A stretch of 64,000 nt of DNA from Marsupella aquatica. Its lineage: Eukaryota > Plantae > Marchantiophyta. The first letter of the stretch is position 1. Each line of letters opens with the position of its first letter. The DNA is taken from the NCBI GenBank assembly GCA_973895155.1, contig OZ316897.1, positions 12,175,832 to 12,239,831 on the forward strand, read 5' to 3'. The notes under the pieces are model-generated. The model saw only the letters and a program-made list of their open reading frames with translations, had not been told where the DNA came from and made no database searches. The position numbers and the translations under genes were made by a program. This document shows, in pieces, positions 32,900 to 45,939 of the stretch.

Positions 32900-34574
32900 A
32901 AATAAGATGACAAAATAAAGAGGGTTCCTTTCCCTTTCTAGTTCCTTTCTCTTTGTGAAAGGTGTACTCTTTGTACCAGCATATTAATTGTACCACACAT
33001 CCTGCCCACACCTTCTCCTCCACCCCCCTCCCAACTATATATCACACTGCCAAAGAAAAAGCACCAAACTTGGAGATAGGATCCCAAGAGACAGAAGACC
33101 CAATAATTGGGAGAACACAAATAATGGAAAACTCCAGGGAGACCAAAGGATTGAAAGGCCCAAGAGTATGACCCTGTGCAATGTAATGTTTTTGGTGAAT
33201 TTATAAAATTCTGCAAACTGTGAATACAGCAAGCATCTTGTAGCTAGTGTTGGCTACTTGCCAGATACCTATGACCCTACTTTACATGTAGACCATTAGA
33301 TCACATGTATTATCACAACCACACAGTTAGATCTTTGCTAATTTTTCTAGACATGCTTGCTGCATGAAATGACGAATTCTTCCTCAAAATCTCCTTTGTA
33401 CTCTTGCACAAGGACCTTCCTGGCTGATGAGTTGGCTCAAATTTGATAATAAAAAAATTGTTGACCCTGTGTGAGCATGCCTCACTGGGTGGTATGCCTG
33501 CCAGGTTGCCACCATCATGCACATTGCCTTTCCATGGAAATACACAGTACGCCCCCACTTTGGGAACCAGGTTTGGACCATGGCCCCTCCCTCCTTCACA
33601 AACCATGTTTGGGACTTGCCCTTGTGAAGACCTTTGAGCGGTCTTACGCCTGCCCGATGGAACAACAACCGCACCCTATTCCCTGGAGGCCTGGAGGGGG
33701 TTCAGGACAGCACAAAGTCCTTCCAACCTTTTGTTCATTTTGTATCCAGACCACTGAAGATTTTGGGAGGGATTGTATATCATAGGGTAAGGTGAGGAGA
33801 CCCAGAGAACAGAAAATACAGGTTAGCTTTGAGTTTCATAATTAGTTTTTGCCAAGATCTCACATGCCACTTCCTACCTATAGGACAGTTACACTGTAAT
33901 CGGACTGTAATGGCCATAATTCTTCTTCCATATTGTTTAACCGTTGTCAATTGTAAGACTGGAGGAAGGAAAACTGTGTCAAAAAGTTCACTAATCCTCT
34001 CCTGGAAACTGACAACCTTGTTTGTGATTTCAATTTACAATTGGATCTTGCATATCCTCTCCCAATAACTCTGACTCATGTTTATTACTCACAAAGAAGA
34101 TCCTCATCCACTGTAGTTTGAGTTGTACCCAAGAGATTGTTAGTGATAGGCACAGAAATCTGTACTAGGGTCACTCGTTTGGCTCCATGGTCTTCCTGGT
34201 GGTCTTCCTGGGGTTTCTTCCTCCCTTTATTGGGTTCTGGACTTCCGGTTGGTGTTTCCTGGTTTGGTGCCTTTTGTTCTTTGGAAGTTTATATGACATG
34301 TTAATTTAATTGCATGACATTGAATTAGAACAGAAAGTGTATAGAAATGAATCAAAACCCAAAAGGACCCCCGGCCCAACAATCAAATGCTATAGTGGGG
34401 GGCGCTAGACCCAACGTGACAAGTTTCTGTAGTGCCTCCCAAGTCACGATAGGTGACAAGAAAGGTCATGGGTAAGAGGGATTATCAGTGGGTCCGGTGG
34501 AATCTGGAGCATATGGCTGACAAAAAGGGCCCCATTGTGGTGGAAGCATCTCAGGCTGCAAAATAATGACTCTC

Positions 34575-35275
34575 ATGTTAACAACTGGTTACTAAGAGAT
34601 TCTCTCCCTTCAGCTGCGTTTGACAAACTTGACACTTCGTTGGAAGCTTCAAGGTAAGTATCAGCTTCGAGACGACTCATCTTGGCCAATATCTTTTTAA
34701 GACAAAATAATGTATCTCTTACTAACAAATGGTTACTGAGAGATTCTCTCCCTTCAGCTGCGTTTAACAAATCTTGACACTTCGTCGAAAGCTTCAATGG
34801 AAGGTATCAGCTTGGAGAAGACTGATCTTGGCCAATGGCTTTATAAGACAAAATAATGTATCTCTTGCTAACAAATGGGTACTTAAAGATCCTCTACCTT
34901 CAGTTACGTTTGATAAGCTTGATACTTTGTTCGACGCTCCTAGGTGATTAACAGCTTCGAGAAGATTCATCTTGGCCAGCAGATCATTAGAGACAAAAAT
35001 ATTGACTCTCTTGCTAACAAAATGGTTACTAAAAGATTCTCTCCCTTCAGTTGCGTTTGGCAAACTGAATACTTCTTTGGAAGCTTGAAGAAGACTCATC
35101 TCGTCTTGGTTAGTAAATAATTTAAGACAAAGTAATCACTCTAGTAACAAATGGTTACTAAACCATTGTCTCCGTTCAGTGCGTTTGACAAACTTCATAC
35201 TTCCTGGGAAGGTTCAAGGTAAATATAAGCTTCGAGAATCTTCATCTTGGCCAATAGATTATCTAAGACGAACCC
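34575..35275. repeat. ~144-bp tandem repeat, ~5 diverged units
   Basis: TGG(T/G)TACT..GATTCTCTCCCTTCAG anchors at about 34586, 34730, 34876, 35023 and 35152. The last ~2.5 units are also at 14971-15330. Confidence 0.8.
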
Positions 35276-38200
35276 CAATAGCGAGGTGAGTTAATTCCAT
35301 GTGCCTAACCGCAGACTGCTGCGAGAGCCTCGTTGAATGGAAAAGTACGTTAAGAACTAGTAGACAAAACTTTTGTTGACTGGGAGATGATGTCTATTGG
35401 AAGGCACAGGTCGGATCTGGCTAGCTGGACGCAACTTCTCTTCAAGACAAACCGAATACTCTGGATCGACGGTAGTAGAACTTGACTACGTCTAGTTTAT
35501 TTTATTCTGTCTTGAATGTAGTAACTGGACCCCAAGTCGGAGTCAAGAGATCTACGAGAAAAACTTTACGAGAATTTTAGATTGAGTCTTTTCTGCCAAC
35601 TCTCTTGGGAAGTTAATATGAGGAGTGGCATCCACAAATCCTACATATTTACACCTTGGCCAATAGATTGTGAAGAGTTTGGCAGGAATATGACTTCATC
35701 GTATGTTTTTCTTTGTCTTTCTATCCATGCAGCTTTGGCAGTCGTGTCCTAGTGGGTCCAGGACATGCAGTGACGGAAACAAAATACAGGTTCCTTCGAA
35801 TTGCTCAAGGCGAAGGAGACCCCCTCTTCTACCTTTTTCTTTGTGGAGCGGAAAGTAGAAAGAGAAAGCATGTGTATTGCACGGGACGAGGAGAGTCAGC
35901 GTTAAGGTATTGTGGTGGGGAAATTCTCAAGGTGAGCCCAAAATTTTGAAGTCCAGCAAAGGGCACGAAGCTTGGGAGAGACCTTTGTTTCCCCCAGATT
36001 TTATTTCCCAGCGCACTACCCGTAGATAGGCGATGAATTTCTCGACATTTCTGACAAATTTCAGGAGCCTGGGTTACCATTGGAGAAGCTCAACAGACCG
36101 ATCTCATGAGTCGTGGAGCCACAATGGTTCAGCGGCAGCCCATATTAGAAATATGAACCGACTCTAATGTAGTGTGACGGTCCAATTGTCCATTCGTATA
36201 ACAAACATACCTTTCTCATGAAGCAAAAAGGAGGACGGACCCAACAATCAAAAGCGCCTGTAGCTTGGTGGGCTATCGGCACAACTTGCCAAGTTACTAT
36301 AGGGCAGCGCCCGGTGACCGAAAAGGTCACGGGTAAGAGGGATCAATGGGCCGGGTGGAATCTTGAGGGGATGGGAGCAGGGTTGCAGCATCACACTACC
36401 TAATCTTCAGGGCGGGAAAATAATGGTTGCCATGGTCATAAATCGTTACTAAAAGATTTTCTCTTTGACAAAGTTGATACTCATTTGGAGGCTTCAAGGT
36501 CATTATCAGGTCCGAGAAGGTTCGGCTTGGCCGATAGATTGTGAAGACTGAAGAGTCTGCAAGGATTGGATTCAATAGAATGATGATATCTTGTCTTTAT
36601 TGTACATGCCAGCGTCCAACCAAAAAGATGATGTCCGTTTAGGAGTCGCGCCTCCGTGGGTCCAGGACATCCAGCACTAATTTTTGTAGCAAACAGGGAC
36701 ATCCTCTGTATAGCCCCTTGTCCGATGGAACGAGAAACTACACTAGTCGTTGTTTTGGAATTCACGAGATAACTCTTGGGGTCTGAATCGAATGGCGCTG
36801 GATTGGGTTTGAGGATATGGCTCAAGTCCCCTCATATCCAAATTCAAGCCACCCTCTCCATCAAATAGTCTTAGCAATTCCTTCCTCCACTGCTCAGGGT
36901 CCCTAAAAGCCACACCAGACAATCATTCAGCACTGAGTTCAGACTTGATGATTCCAACTAGAATTATCGTATGATCTTTGCATGTATCTCTATCAACACT
37001 GGTTCACTGTTTTCGTTGAGACAACTTCTATCTCTGTCAACTCCTTAATAAGTTCCCTTAACGCGGGATTTAACTTCAATGGTCCTCCAAACGAATCTTG
37101 TACAGTAGAACTCATCGGGGATATCATAGAACATCGTGATGACCCCGGTGGTTTCTCCCAAAATGAATTTCTTATCATGCTCATCACTACTGCAATGTGC
37201 GGGTCCGAATGTCCAGTTTGGGCAATTACAGCTTACAGCATTTCCACGGGATAGTTGCCTCCCGCCATCTCACCCACTAGCTATGCAACAATTACCCTGT
37301 AATCTAAAAGTTTCCGACGCGGTCGTCACTACAAACTGCAGACACAGAGTGTCCAGAAATATGCTTTTTCTTAATCTAATGCAACATCAGAGTAGACCCT
37401 CCTCCAGAATTTTCAGCTAAAACGAATCCCAAGAGAAGAAACGAAAGATTATACCCAGCCCTGCCGAATAAAAGGCTCGCGAATACGAAACATTTTCTTG
37501 GGTTATGTCTGTACAAAACTTCCCACTACACAGATAATCGAAGTCTCTTCTCCTAATAATTGGAGAGCCTCTCTGGGAGAATTAATATTCAAAGGAGAAA
37601 TATTCTGAAGCGACTCAATGGTTTATATGTTCAGTTTCGAAGTTCGGTTGCTCCAAGCACACTCTGCCAGTTGTCAATTGCGCAACAAATTATGATTTCA
37701 TATTCATGATGCACAAAATGGTGCGACTAACTTCCATTGCGGAGAACCATGAGACCGTGGACATATCGAAGCTAGGCAGCATTTACTCAAGAAAAAACGA
37801 GGACGGCAACCAACTGAACAACATTTACCTCAACTGATCAAAAAGCTTCTCGGAATATCAATTGGGGAAAACTTTGATTCACACCTGCACGAGAATTCTG
37901 CCAGGAAAGGAACGTCCAAATTGCAATCAAGCCCGACTTACTATAGCTCTGCGTGGCTCTAAACTACACACAGTTTGTCTTCATTTGCTTATCTCAACGG
38001 TTTGAGTAATTTTCTCCTTTTCGAATTTTCATTTCCTCGATTGCAGCCAAGAATTTGATCGTTTTGGGAGAAAGGAATGAATTATGTACTTCAAGAGAAA
38101 CAGGCAGTTATCACGTATACATCTGCCCTTGCGTCGAAAGAACAAGATTAGGATCATCCAGAATGAAACTCTCTAATCCGGATATTCGAAGTAGAATGTC

Positions 38201-39866
38201 AAGCCGATGGAGAAATCTGTGTGGTCGCAGGCGGGTGCTCGGAAAAAAATGGATCCCGATCCTTTCAGCTGGAGAAACCAAATCCTGGGGAACTAGATTA
38301 CCCAACTGTGCTAAATAAATTCTCCAGAATCTCGCTATTCGAAGGAGATATATGTCAAGCATTTGACGAGAAGCTATGACGTTCTGGTCGTCCAGGGACA
38401 GCAAATTTGGCAATTACAAAATATGCAAAAGGATCTGCTTATAGCCTGACGCAATAGACGAAGGTACGACTTACTACTTTAACAGAGATCGATAAGACCA
38501 TGGACATAGAATCCAGACACAAATTATTGAAGAAAAAACAAGGACAGCAACCAAGTGAACTCACATGTCGGTGCCATCCACGAGTAACGTAGGGTTCGGA
38601 GGGCTTCATGACAGCTTCTCCCATTGGCAAACACATTTCATGATTGTCCAATTGACCTCTCGGCATATCATTTCGAGAAACATTAATTCAGCAAGTCTGC
38701 CACCAAAGGACCGTCCAATAAAGCCCCAATTACTAAAGCTTTGCCTGGTTCTAAACTACGTGTAGTTTGTATAGACCAAATAGATTAAGACCGGTCATTC
38801 TTTGCATTTGATTCTTCACTCTCCAAATCACAGTGCTTTTCCAAATTCCATCGACCTAAGTGGGGTTCCTGTGATTGTGCGACAAAACTGCGTAAAGGCT
38901 TGTATTTGCATCCCAGGTTGATCGTTGCCCACTAATGAAGAGCATGTCACATTGGGGGAGGGGGAAATCGAAATTCCTGTTACTAGCAATGAACAATTTC
39001 CTCCATTAGCTCCACCTATTGCCACTCGCGCCTGAAGCACCTGAAAGAGTAGACCGAGGTAATGTTAGTTACTGCTTGTCTGCTCCACATAATAAAACAA
39101 TTGTAAAGCACTCTGTAATTTCAGAAGCCATGCAATTATTCAGATGAGAAAAACACTGGCGGCTCTACACTCGAACTCACGGAGGCGTCGTATTTTTGCT
39201 CAATGCTGTACTCAATTCCATGAAGCGACTAAAAATATATAAACCACACAATTCGTAGGATGGAATGCAAATAAATGTCTTCGTAAGTCAGATGGAGTTG
39301 AAACCGTCGGCCAAAAATCGAAGTTAGAGAATCAAACCAAATGCTCATTCAAATCTCCCCAGATCACTTACAAGGGCAATCTTTCTTCGCTTCATCATTG
39401 TCTTTCAACATGAGAAAGCTCATTGAAAACAAGATGAACGATAAGGGTAGTCGCTTCACGGTTAGAGTCAACGCTTCCAGCTACTTGACTGGACAAAACA
39501 GAGACACGCAATTTGCTGCATGTAAAAATGCTCAAGATTGTCCACAAACACCGAGTATGGTCCAGAAATCGCGGGTCTAGTAGACGGACATCCTGCCGAC
39601 AAAACTCCTTCCACCAAGTGGATACCAAGTACTCACGACAACTATTAAAGGGAAATGAGAATTTCTGAGGGTTGCTCGAGCTCTACCTCACCACACCAAG
39701 TTGTTCTGGGTACAGTCCACGCGCTGAACGGCAGACTTCTAACTGTACCAATTTTGGCCCGAAAAGTCATGTGTTCAGAGAGCCTTTCATACCACTTACA
39801 CCAATGCGCTGCTACATCCTTAGCAGGCAGGCAGCAGTTGTGTGAATCTCTTAAGATCGACCAAGG

Positions 39867-42800
39867 TTACATGTCGTTAATCAGATTAGACTTCCTGAAC
39901 TTCTGATGACAGTCGGTGCAGATCCAAACAACACCATGGAGAGAACCATCGTTGTATGCCAAACACACCTTTCGAAGTCCTAACTTCTCCTCGTAGGCCT
40001 CTGCTGTCAATTTTCCTACTAAATTAGTGATGGCTGCTCTACTCTTTCCATACAAATCCTGAGGGTTCAAAGGGGGACCAGTAGGATCAAGTCCCATGCC
40101 CTCAGTCATCAGCTTATTTAATTCTGGCATTGAGTACTCGGTGGCCCAGACGATTCCATCTAACACTGATTTTCCTTGCTGTACTTGCTGGAAGTCGGGC
40201 AGTAGCAAACCCGCCCCAGGGGCTACGACATTCGCTGCAATTTTTGCAGAGATTAAGAGAACTGTGAGCGACACTTTGAGCCACGGGACAAGTGTTTTCA
40301 GGGCTGGCTTGAGGTCTGAAACAACCAGGCCCAGCTGGTCCTTGACTTGATGCGGTGTGTAACTATTGTACCTGGCCTCACATGCAAATTGCAAACGAAC
40401 ATCGACACTTGGTGACAAAGCCTCCTTCAATGTAGCCCTTACACCAGAATCTCGTTTCCCCAAATAGATGAGGTTTGGGCAGGTTCTGTCCTTGTCTTCT
40501 TTCAGAAATCTGTCAGTGTCTTGAAGCTTCCGAAACACCCTTTCCTGCTCCTTCAAAACCTCTGCAAATCCCTCCACAAGCATCCTTTCAACATTCTTCA
40601 CCTGCTTGTAGATGTTATCCTGATTGTTCATAATCTTATCCAGCTTCTCATCCATATTGTGCAGCTTTCTGTTAACAGTTGATAATCTTTGCATCTTCTC
40701 GGCAGTTGGGCTTGTAGGTGGATTCGCCATTTCAATGCCATCCGATGCTAGTGCCGGCTCCTCCACCTTGTCCCCGTCTGTTGAGATATCCGACTCCTCA
40801 GTTAACTCGGGTGGATAGATTCCTAGGGTGACAGCTTCCTGTAATCCTTGCCTCAAAACATTCAGGTCGTTCTTTGCTGACATAATCACATACTTTTTGT
40901 CCTTTGTGGAGAGCAGCTGATCTTCTGTTATTGCAGAATCATAGCCGACACGCCACTGCATTTTTCTTCCCATGCCATGCACTTGCACGCACTTCTTCAC
41001 TTCAGCCACTTCCACATTTCTGTGCTTCATGTACCCTTCTTGTCTAGACTGGGAAACCGGCCAAGGCCAAACCACTTTCTGCACGTACCGAACCCCTCCA
41101 CAAATCTCATTCCACAGGTCCAGGAGTATATTGACAAGGTCATCAGCCAGGTTCACTTGGCAATTTTTCCGTTGTATAACATCCATCTCGTCTTTCCTGA
41201 ATTGCGGCTTCACCAAAATGCTGATCTCATCAAATGTGGGAGAGTACTTTTCGGTGTTAACCTCAATCCTTACGTTCATGTAATCCACTGTGAACGTCAT
41301 GAAATACTTACCAGCAACAAAGTCATTGTCTAGGACATTTCCATTATTGAACTCTGGGCTCTGAGCAAGCTGAACCTGAAATCTATGCCACAAGGACATT
41401 GGTGCTAGAGTCATCTCCTTTTGCTGGTGCTGAATAGAGAAACCCATCACCCACTGCTCCTCTCCATCATCATGTTTGCTTCTAGACGGCCACCCATCTT
41501 CAGGATCCAAATTCCCATCAATAAGAGACGGTATAAACAGTCTGTCGCCCTTGCCCTTGTAGCACAATCCCAACCATAGCAAGATAGCAATCAGATCTTC
41601 ACAATCTTTGAGACCCCACGTAGCTTCAAAGAACTCCTTGAATGCATCCATTGAAATAGAACCTGTGGTTGCATCCAGTTTTCTTCTAAAGATGTGGTCG
41701 CCCTTTGTAAGCTTGACCATATCTTCAGAAAGGAACATATTTCCTATAATTTCCTTGCAGAACCAGTTCGGATTGAGGATAATAAGCTTTGGAGAAGGGA
41801 TACCCCATTGAGCAGGAAAGCTCTTGTCAACGTTTATCAGGATTCCAGCTTGGTCCAGATATTTAGTTGCTGATAAAATTGCTTCGTGAGGCCAGTTCTC
41901 ACGTGATTGCTCAACCTTCTCCACAAATTCGTCCCAACCTAGAACAGGGAACTCCTTCCTCGCCTCACTCCAAATAGGAAGCCTTTGTTGAATGACATCA
42001 CAGATCTCGGGAACAATCTGTTCTTTAAGCAATGTTCTGGAATGTTCTAACAGACATGTTTTAAAACCATTGACTTTCCCTCTTCTCCGAACATCCACTA
42101 TAAAAAGATCAGTACGAACATCCAAAAGGCCAGTAAACTTTTTTCTCTTTTCCTTTAGCAGCACCTCCCAATCTTGGTTGTTTCTCTGTACCTGTTTATG
42201 TCCTCCCATGTTGTTCAGGACAACAAAGACATGTCGGGTTTGTCTGGTGGCCTCGTGGTAGCTCGATGCAATGTAACGTAACCAGTAATCAAGCTGTTTG
42301 TCGACCTCATTTGGTGGACAGCTGGAATTGCAAACAATGACAAATATGGTAGCTGCTCCTTGAGAGATGCTAGCTTTCCCATCTGAGAAACTTAGAGCGG
42401 GGAAGAAAGCATTGTGCACCAAATGATAATCTTCCTGTCCCGCCATGTCCCAAATGTGGAGTGTTATTGGGTTTTGATTTTTCCTCTTGCTGCCTTTGCT
42501 GCCGATTTTGGAGACATCAATGCCTCTTGTGCGGGCCTCCACGTGAGGCTTCCTTTCCCATGTCCCTAGTGATCGCCAAAGTGTCCTCTTCAATGTATGA
42601 CAAAGTGTTGTCTTCCCAACTTTTGGATCCCCACAAAAATAAATCTTTCCAAAGGCAGCTGGGACCATGGAAGAGCCCGAGAGCCCCGCTAAAATATCCT
42701 GGTATCTGGTGTTGCGCTTCCATAGTTGCTCATATTGGCGTTCCAATTTTGGAAACATGAACCACTCAAATTCCACTTTTACAGTGAGAGACTTGTTTAG

Positions 42801-43562
42801 GGCGAAAGCAGACACTAAAGCAGTGGCGCCTTCTTCAGAAGAGGTTGAAGTTCGCACATAAACGATCTCCAGTGAATCAAGGCGACCAGATTCAAGGGCC
42901 GCGACTAACGACATCAGGCCCACATCTGTGAAACGATTGTCATCAAGAGACAACGCTTGTAAATTTGGCATGACGGTGCCGTCGCCATATTGGAAGGCGG
43001 TTGCCAGCGTATCCATGTCATCGTCATTGATGTCAGTCCCACTGAGCCAGAGAGTGGTCAACTTCTCCAAATTACCGGATTGAATTGCACGTCCAAGAGC
43101 TTCGACGCCTTTGGTTCCTACCGCGTTCCTATCAAAGTCAAGTTTCCTCAAAGATGGAAATTTTGCTGAAGCCAGAGCATTGCTGACTGCCTCACTACGA
43201 TCGTCCTCTAACCCGGTTTGTTCAAGCGACAAAGCTTCCAATGCAGACATTTGACCAGTTGCCAGAGCCTCGGCAAGGATGAAGTGTCCACTCCCAATAT
43301 CCTGGCGGTATAGGTTGATGTCTGCCACTTGCGACAGATTGCCGCCCTTGATGGCGTCGCGTAGTACCTCCATACTTCTAATGTAGATCCGACTGCTGCT
43401 GCCAGTGCTAGCCGCCTCAGGTGCGACTTCTTGACGCCCAGCCTGCTGCCCCGAACCGGATTTATCATCGGGGTGACGAAAGTGTTCCCCTCCTGTTCCC
43501 TGCGAGTCTTCTTGCCTAGACTCTCCACCCGTCACTCCATTCGCGCCCTCTCTTCGATCCAT
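39867..43562 (-). CDS. TORNADO1-like LRR-Roc-COR protein, copy 2 (~1231 aa from MDRREG)
   Basis: Same architecture as copy 1. ATG at 43562 is orthologous to 23544 (the ORF track extends to an alternative start at 43604). Confidence 0.9.
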   Translation of the reverse strand: MDRREGANGVTGGESRQEDSQGTGGEHFRHPDDKSGSGQQAGRQEVAPEAASTGSSSRIYIRSMEVLRDAIKGGNLSQVADINLYRQDIGSGHFILAEALATGQMSALEALSLEQTGLEDDRSEAVSNALASAKFPSLRKLDFDRNAVGTKGVEALGRAIQSGNLEKLTTLWLSGTDINDDDMDTLATAFQYGDGTVMPNLQALSLDDNRFTDVGLMSLVAALESGRLDSLEIVYVRTSTSSEEGATALVSAFALNKSLTVKVEFEWFMFPKLERQYEQLWKRNTRYQDILAGLSGSSMVPAAFGKIYFCGDPKVGKTTLCHTLKRTLWRSLGTWERKPHVEARTRGIDVSKIGSKGSKRKNQNPITLHIWDMAGQEDYHLVHNAFFPALSFSDGKASISQGAATIFVIVCNSSCPPNEVDKQLDYWLRYIASSYHEATRQTRHVFVVLNNMGGHKQVQRNNQDWEVLLKEKRKKFTGLLDVRTDLFIVDVRRRGKVNGFKTCLLEHSRTLLKEQIVPEICDVIQQRLPIWSEARKEFPVLGWDEFVEKVEQSRENWPHEAILSATKYLDQAGILINVDKSFPAQWGIPSPKLIILNPNWFCKEIIGNMFLSEDMVKLTKGDHIFRRKLDATTGSISMDAFKEFFEATWGLKDCEDLIAILLWLGLCYKGKGDRLFIPSLIDGNLDPEDGWPSRSKHDDGEEQWVMGFSIQHQQKEMTLAPMSLWHRFQVQLAQSPEFNNGNVLDNDFVAGKYFMTFTVDYMNVRIEVNTEKYSPTFDEISILVKPQFRKDEMDVIQRKNCQVNLADDLVNILLDLWNEICGGVRYVQKVVWPWPVSQSRQEGYMKHRNVEVAEVKKCVQVHGMGRKMQWRVGYDSAITEDQLLSTKDKKYVIMSAKNDLNVLRQGLQEAVTLGIYPPELTEESDISTDGDKVEEPALASDGIEMANPPTSPTAEKMQRLSTVNRKLHNMDEKLDKIMNNQDNIYKQVKNVERMLVEGFAEVLKEQERVFRKLQDTDRFLKEDKDRTCPNLIYLGKRDSGVRATLKEALSPSVDVRLQFACEARYNSYTPHQVKDQLGLVVSDLKPALKTLVPWLKVSLTVLLISAKIAANVVAPGAGLLLPDFQQVQQGKSVLDGIVWATEYSMPELNKLMTEGMGLDPTGPPLNPQDLYGKSRAAITNLVGKLTAEAYEEKLGLRKVCLAYNDGSLHGVVWICTDCHQKFRKSNLINDM

Positions 43563-44685
43563 TGGATTAACTCGATATCGTACCCTCCGACAGGTTCCCT
43601 CCACTTAATCGCACAAGCAGCTCTGTCGTCAATTGGTCCCAGGAAACCCAAGCGGATCAGTTTGATCCAGCCAGTCAATTGCCGCACTCAATCAATGATG
43701 GTCCTTGGTACCTGGTGATCGCACCTCCCACCAGGCTTTTTTTATCCTCCAGAATGGTGAAACAGCTAGAGCAAATTGATTCAGTTCGATGCCTCTCGAA
43801 GTCTCTCGAATCCCCGACTGTTGCCAATGCTGATTGGACCGGAGCAGGCCTTTTCTCCCACCAAGGTGTTGAGGAGAGTACAGAACCACCAGTAGCGCCT
43901 GAAGCCAGCTCGATTGGAACATGCAAGTCAATGTAATCGTCATTGATGTCGTGTTTCCAACGCTTTTGATTTCTGGCAAACGCTGGACTCTTCATTTGCA
44001 TGAGACAGACCTTCGACACTGCATTCGTGAAGACGTTTGGATCTGACTCAAAAAGAGGACAAAAGTTTGGGCTAGCAGCATTGATCGTGTAGACAAGGAT
44101 TGTTTCAAGATGTTGTGAATGATCGATTGAAAATTGACCTACTACGCAAGCAGTTATTAACATATTCAATCCTACGACAGAGGGAGACTTGGCTGATTAC
44201 CGAGGCATTACTGACGCATGCTTTGCCGAATTGAGTAAGCTGAAATGGAACGATCCTGATCCCGGCATTGTTTCTGCCGCACAGGATGATCAACCAAAGA
44301 GTACAATTAATCAGCGGTGAAAATGGGAAATTGAAAGCTAAAATTCTCCAGGAGAATGTTGAGAGCTTGGTGGAGGCGCAGTTGGTGATGGGGGAAACAT
44401 TCATCAAACCGAACTATCAAAGTTTAGTCATGATTGTTCTACCTAGGACACAGGATGTAAATAGAATCTATAGATCGAGAGGATGACGACCCAATCCACA
44501 GGCCGCGTCCTTCTTAAGAATTCAGATTCGCAAGACAGATTAAACATTCAACATAGACAAGATGACTTACCTGAACGAGAACATACTCGAGGAAATTTTC
44601 ATCCGGGTTTTCATCCAGTCACGTTGAAAAACCAAAGCTTGCCTGAACACTGGCAGCAGCATTCAACTCGGAATGAGTTCACGCC

Positions 44686-44861
44686 TACAACCAAGCACAT
44701 GGTGGCCGTATAGGAAGTCACTGCACAAGGAGTGGATGTGTCATGGAACCTTTCGTAGTCTTTGCGAATTGATTACAACCAAGCACATGGTGGCCGTCTA
44801 GGAAGTCACTGCACAAGGAGTGGATGTGTCATGGAACCTTTCGTAGTCTTTGCGAATTGAT
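44686..44861. repeat. 88-bp tandem duplication specific to unit 2
   Basis: TACAACCAAGCACATGGTGGCCGT...TTTGCGAATTGAT at 44686 and 44774. Single copy in unit 1. Confidence 0.85.
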
Positions 44862-45939
44862 TTTGGCCATGGATGTGCCATGGATGTTGTACTAAGCACA
44901 TTTCGTTGCTGATATGCCTGTCTACACAACCTAAGGGACAACTGACCCGCAAGCTTTAGAGACTTTGCTTCTGTTTAGTGAAGAGATCAATGTGAAATAC
45001 CCGTTGCTTGATTCAGATAACTTCTCAGGCTGCCTTTTAGGTAGACTCATTTTACACCACTGGACTAGCGAAGCCACAGTCCCGTCTCTGGAAGCACGTG
45101 ATGCATTTGTTGCAGAACAATATCCGATTTGGGGTTAAGTGACAAAGGCGATCAAAAGAGTAAAGCGGCAGTAAGGTGCCCGATTTGCAACCAACAGAAC
45201 TAACTATTCCTCGACTTCAAAACTTCAGAGAGAACTTCAGGGACTCCTTCCATTCTGTGAACATTATAGTAAGAGACTTCTCTACTTCTGATGAGAATAG
45301 CTCGCCACAACAGTGATAGAGGAGGGTATGTCTGGATGCTGTAGAAGTACACTTCTAGGAGTAGATTCGATGTGAACGCCAAAATAATATTCGAAGCGAT
45401 GTTGTTGACCGAGCTATCCACGAGCTCACGAAGGACCTGTCCTTTATGATTGTGCTCCCGAACAGTAGTTCCAGACTTGCAGGCACCCTACAAAACTGTA
45501 CATCGCATAGAGGTTCCGGTCAGCTTGGGAAACGGCAGAAGTGCAGAGAGTACCTCTCTCTACCGATGTCCTTAATAATCCAGTAGTAAGGTGTACCGGT
45601 GCAGCCTGATTTTAATTTCTTTTTTCTTGAACCCAAACCTTCTGACAAGTATAAGAAACCACTGTCCAAGCTAGTTTGACCGAATTTCAATTCTCCTATG
45701 TCAGCTCCGATTGAATTTTTAAGAGTAAGAGTAAGAGCAAGAGCTTGACAGGTACTTTACATGGTGCTTACATTGTACTCTTGCGCTCCCAGAAATCGCC
45801 GGTGCGCTGTTGTAGCGTACAGTCGTGTAAATCCACAAATCCACAACAGTGTCACAGGAGTGTAACCGGTAATGCAGATCCCTGGCGTCCCGTTGAAACC
45901 CAAAGAGAGAGAACCAGAAAGGAGAGTGAGCAAGAGCAA

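Larger units (their letters stand above)
34330..45672. repeat. Segmental tandem duplication unit 2 (contains TRN1-like gene 2)
   Basis: Colinear with unit 1 from 34911. The left boundary is approximate. Confidence 0.85.
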
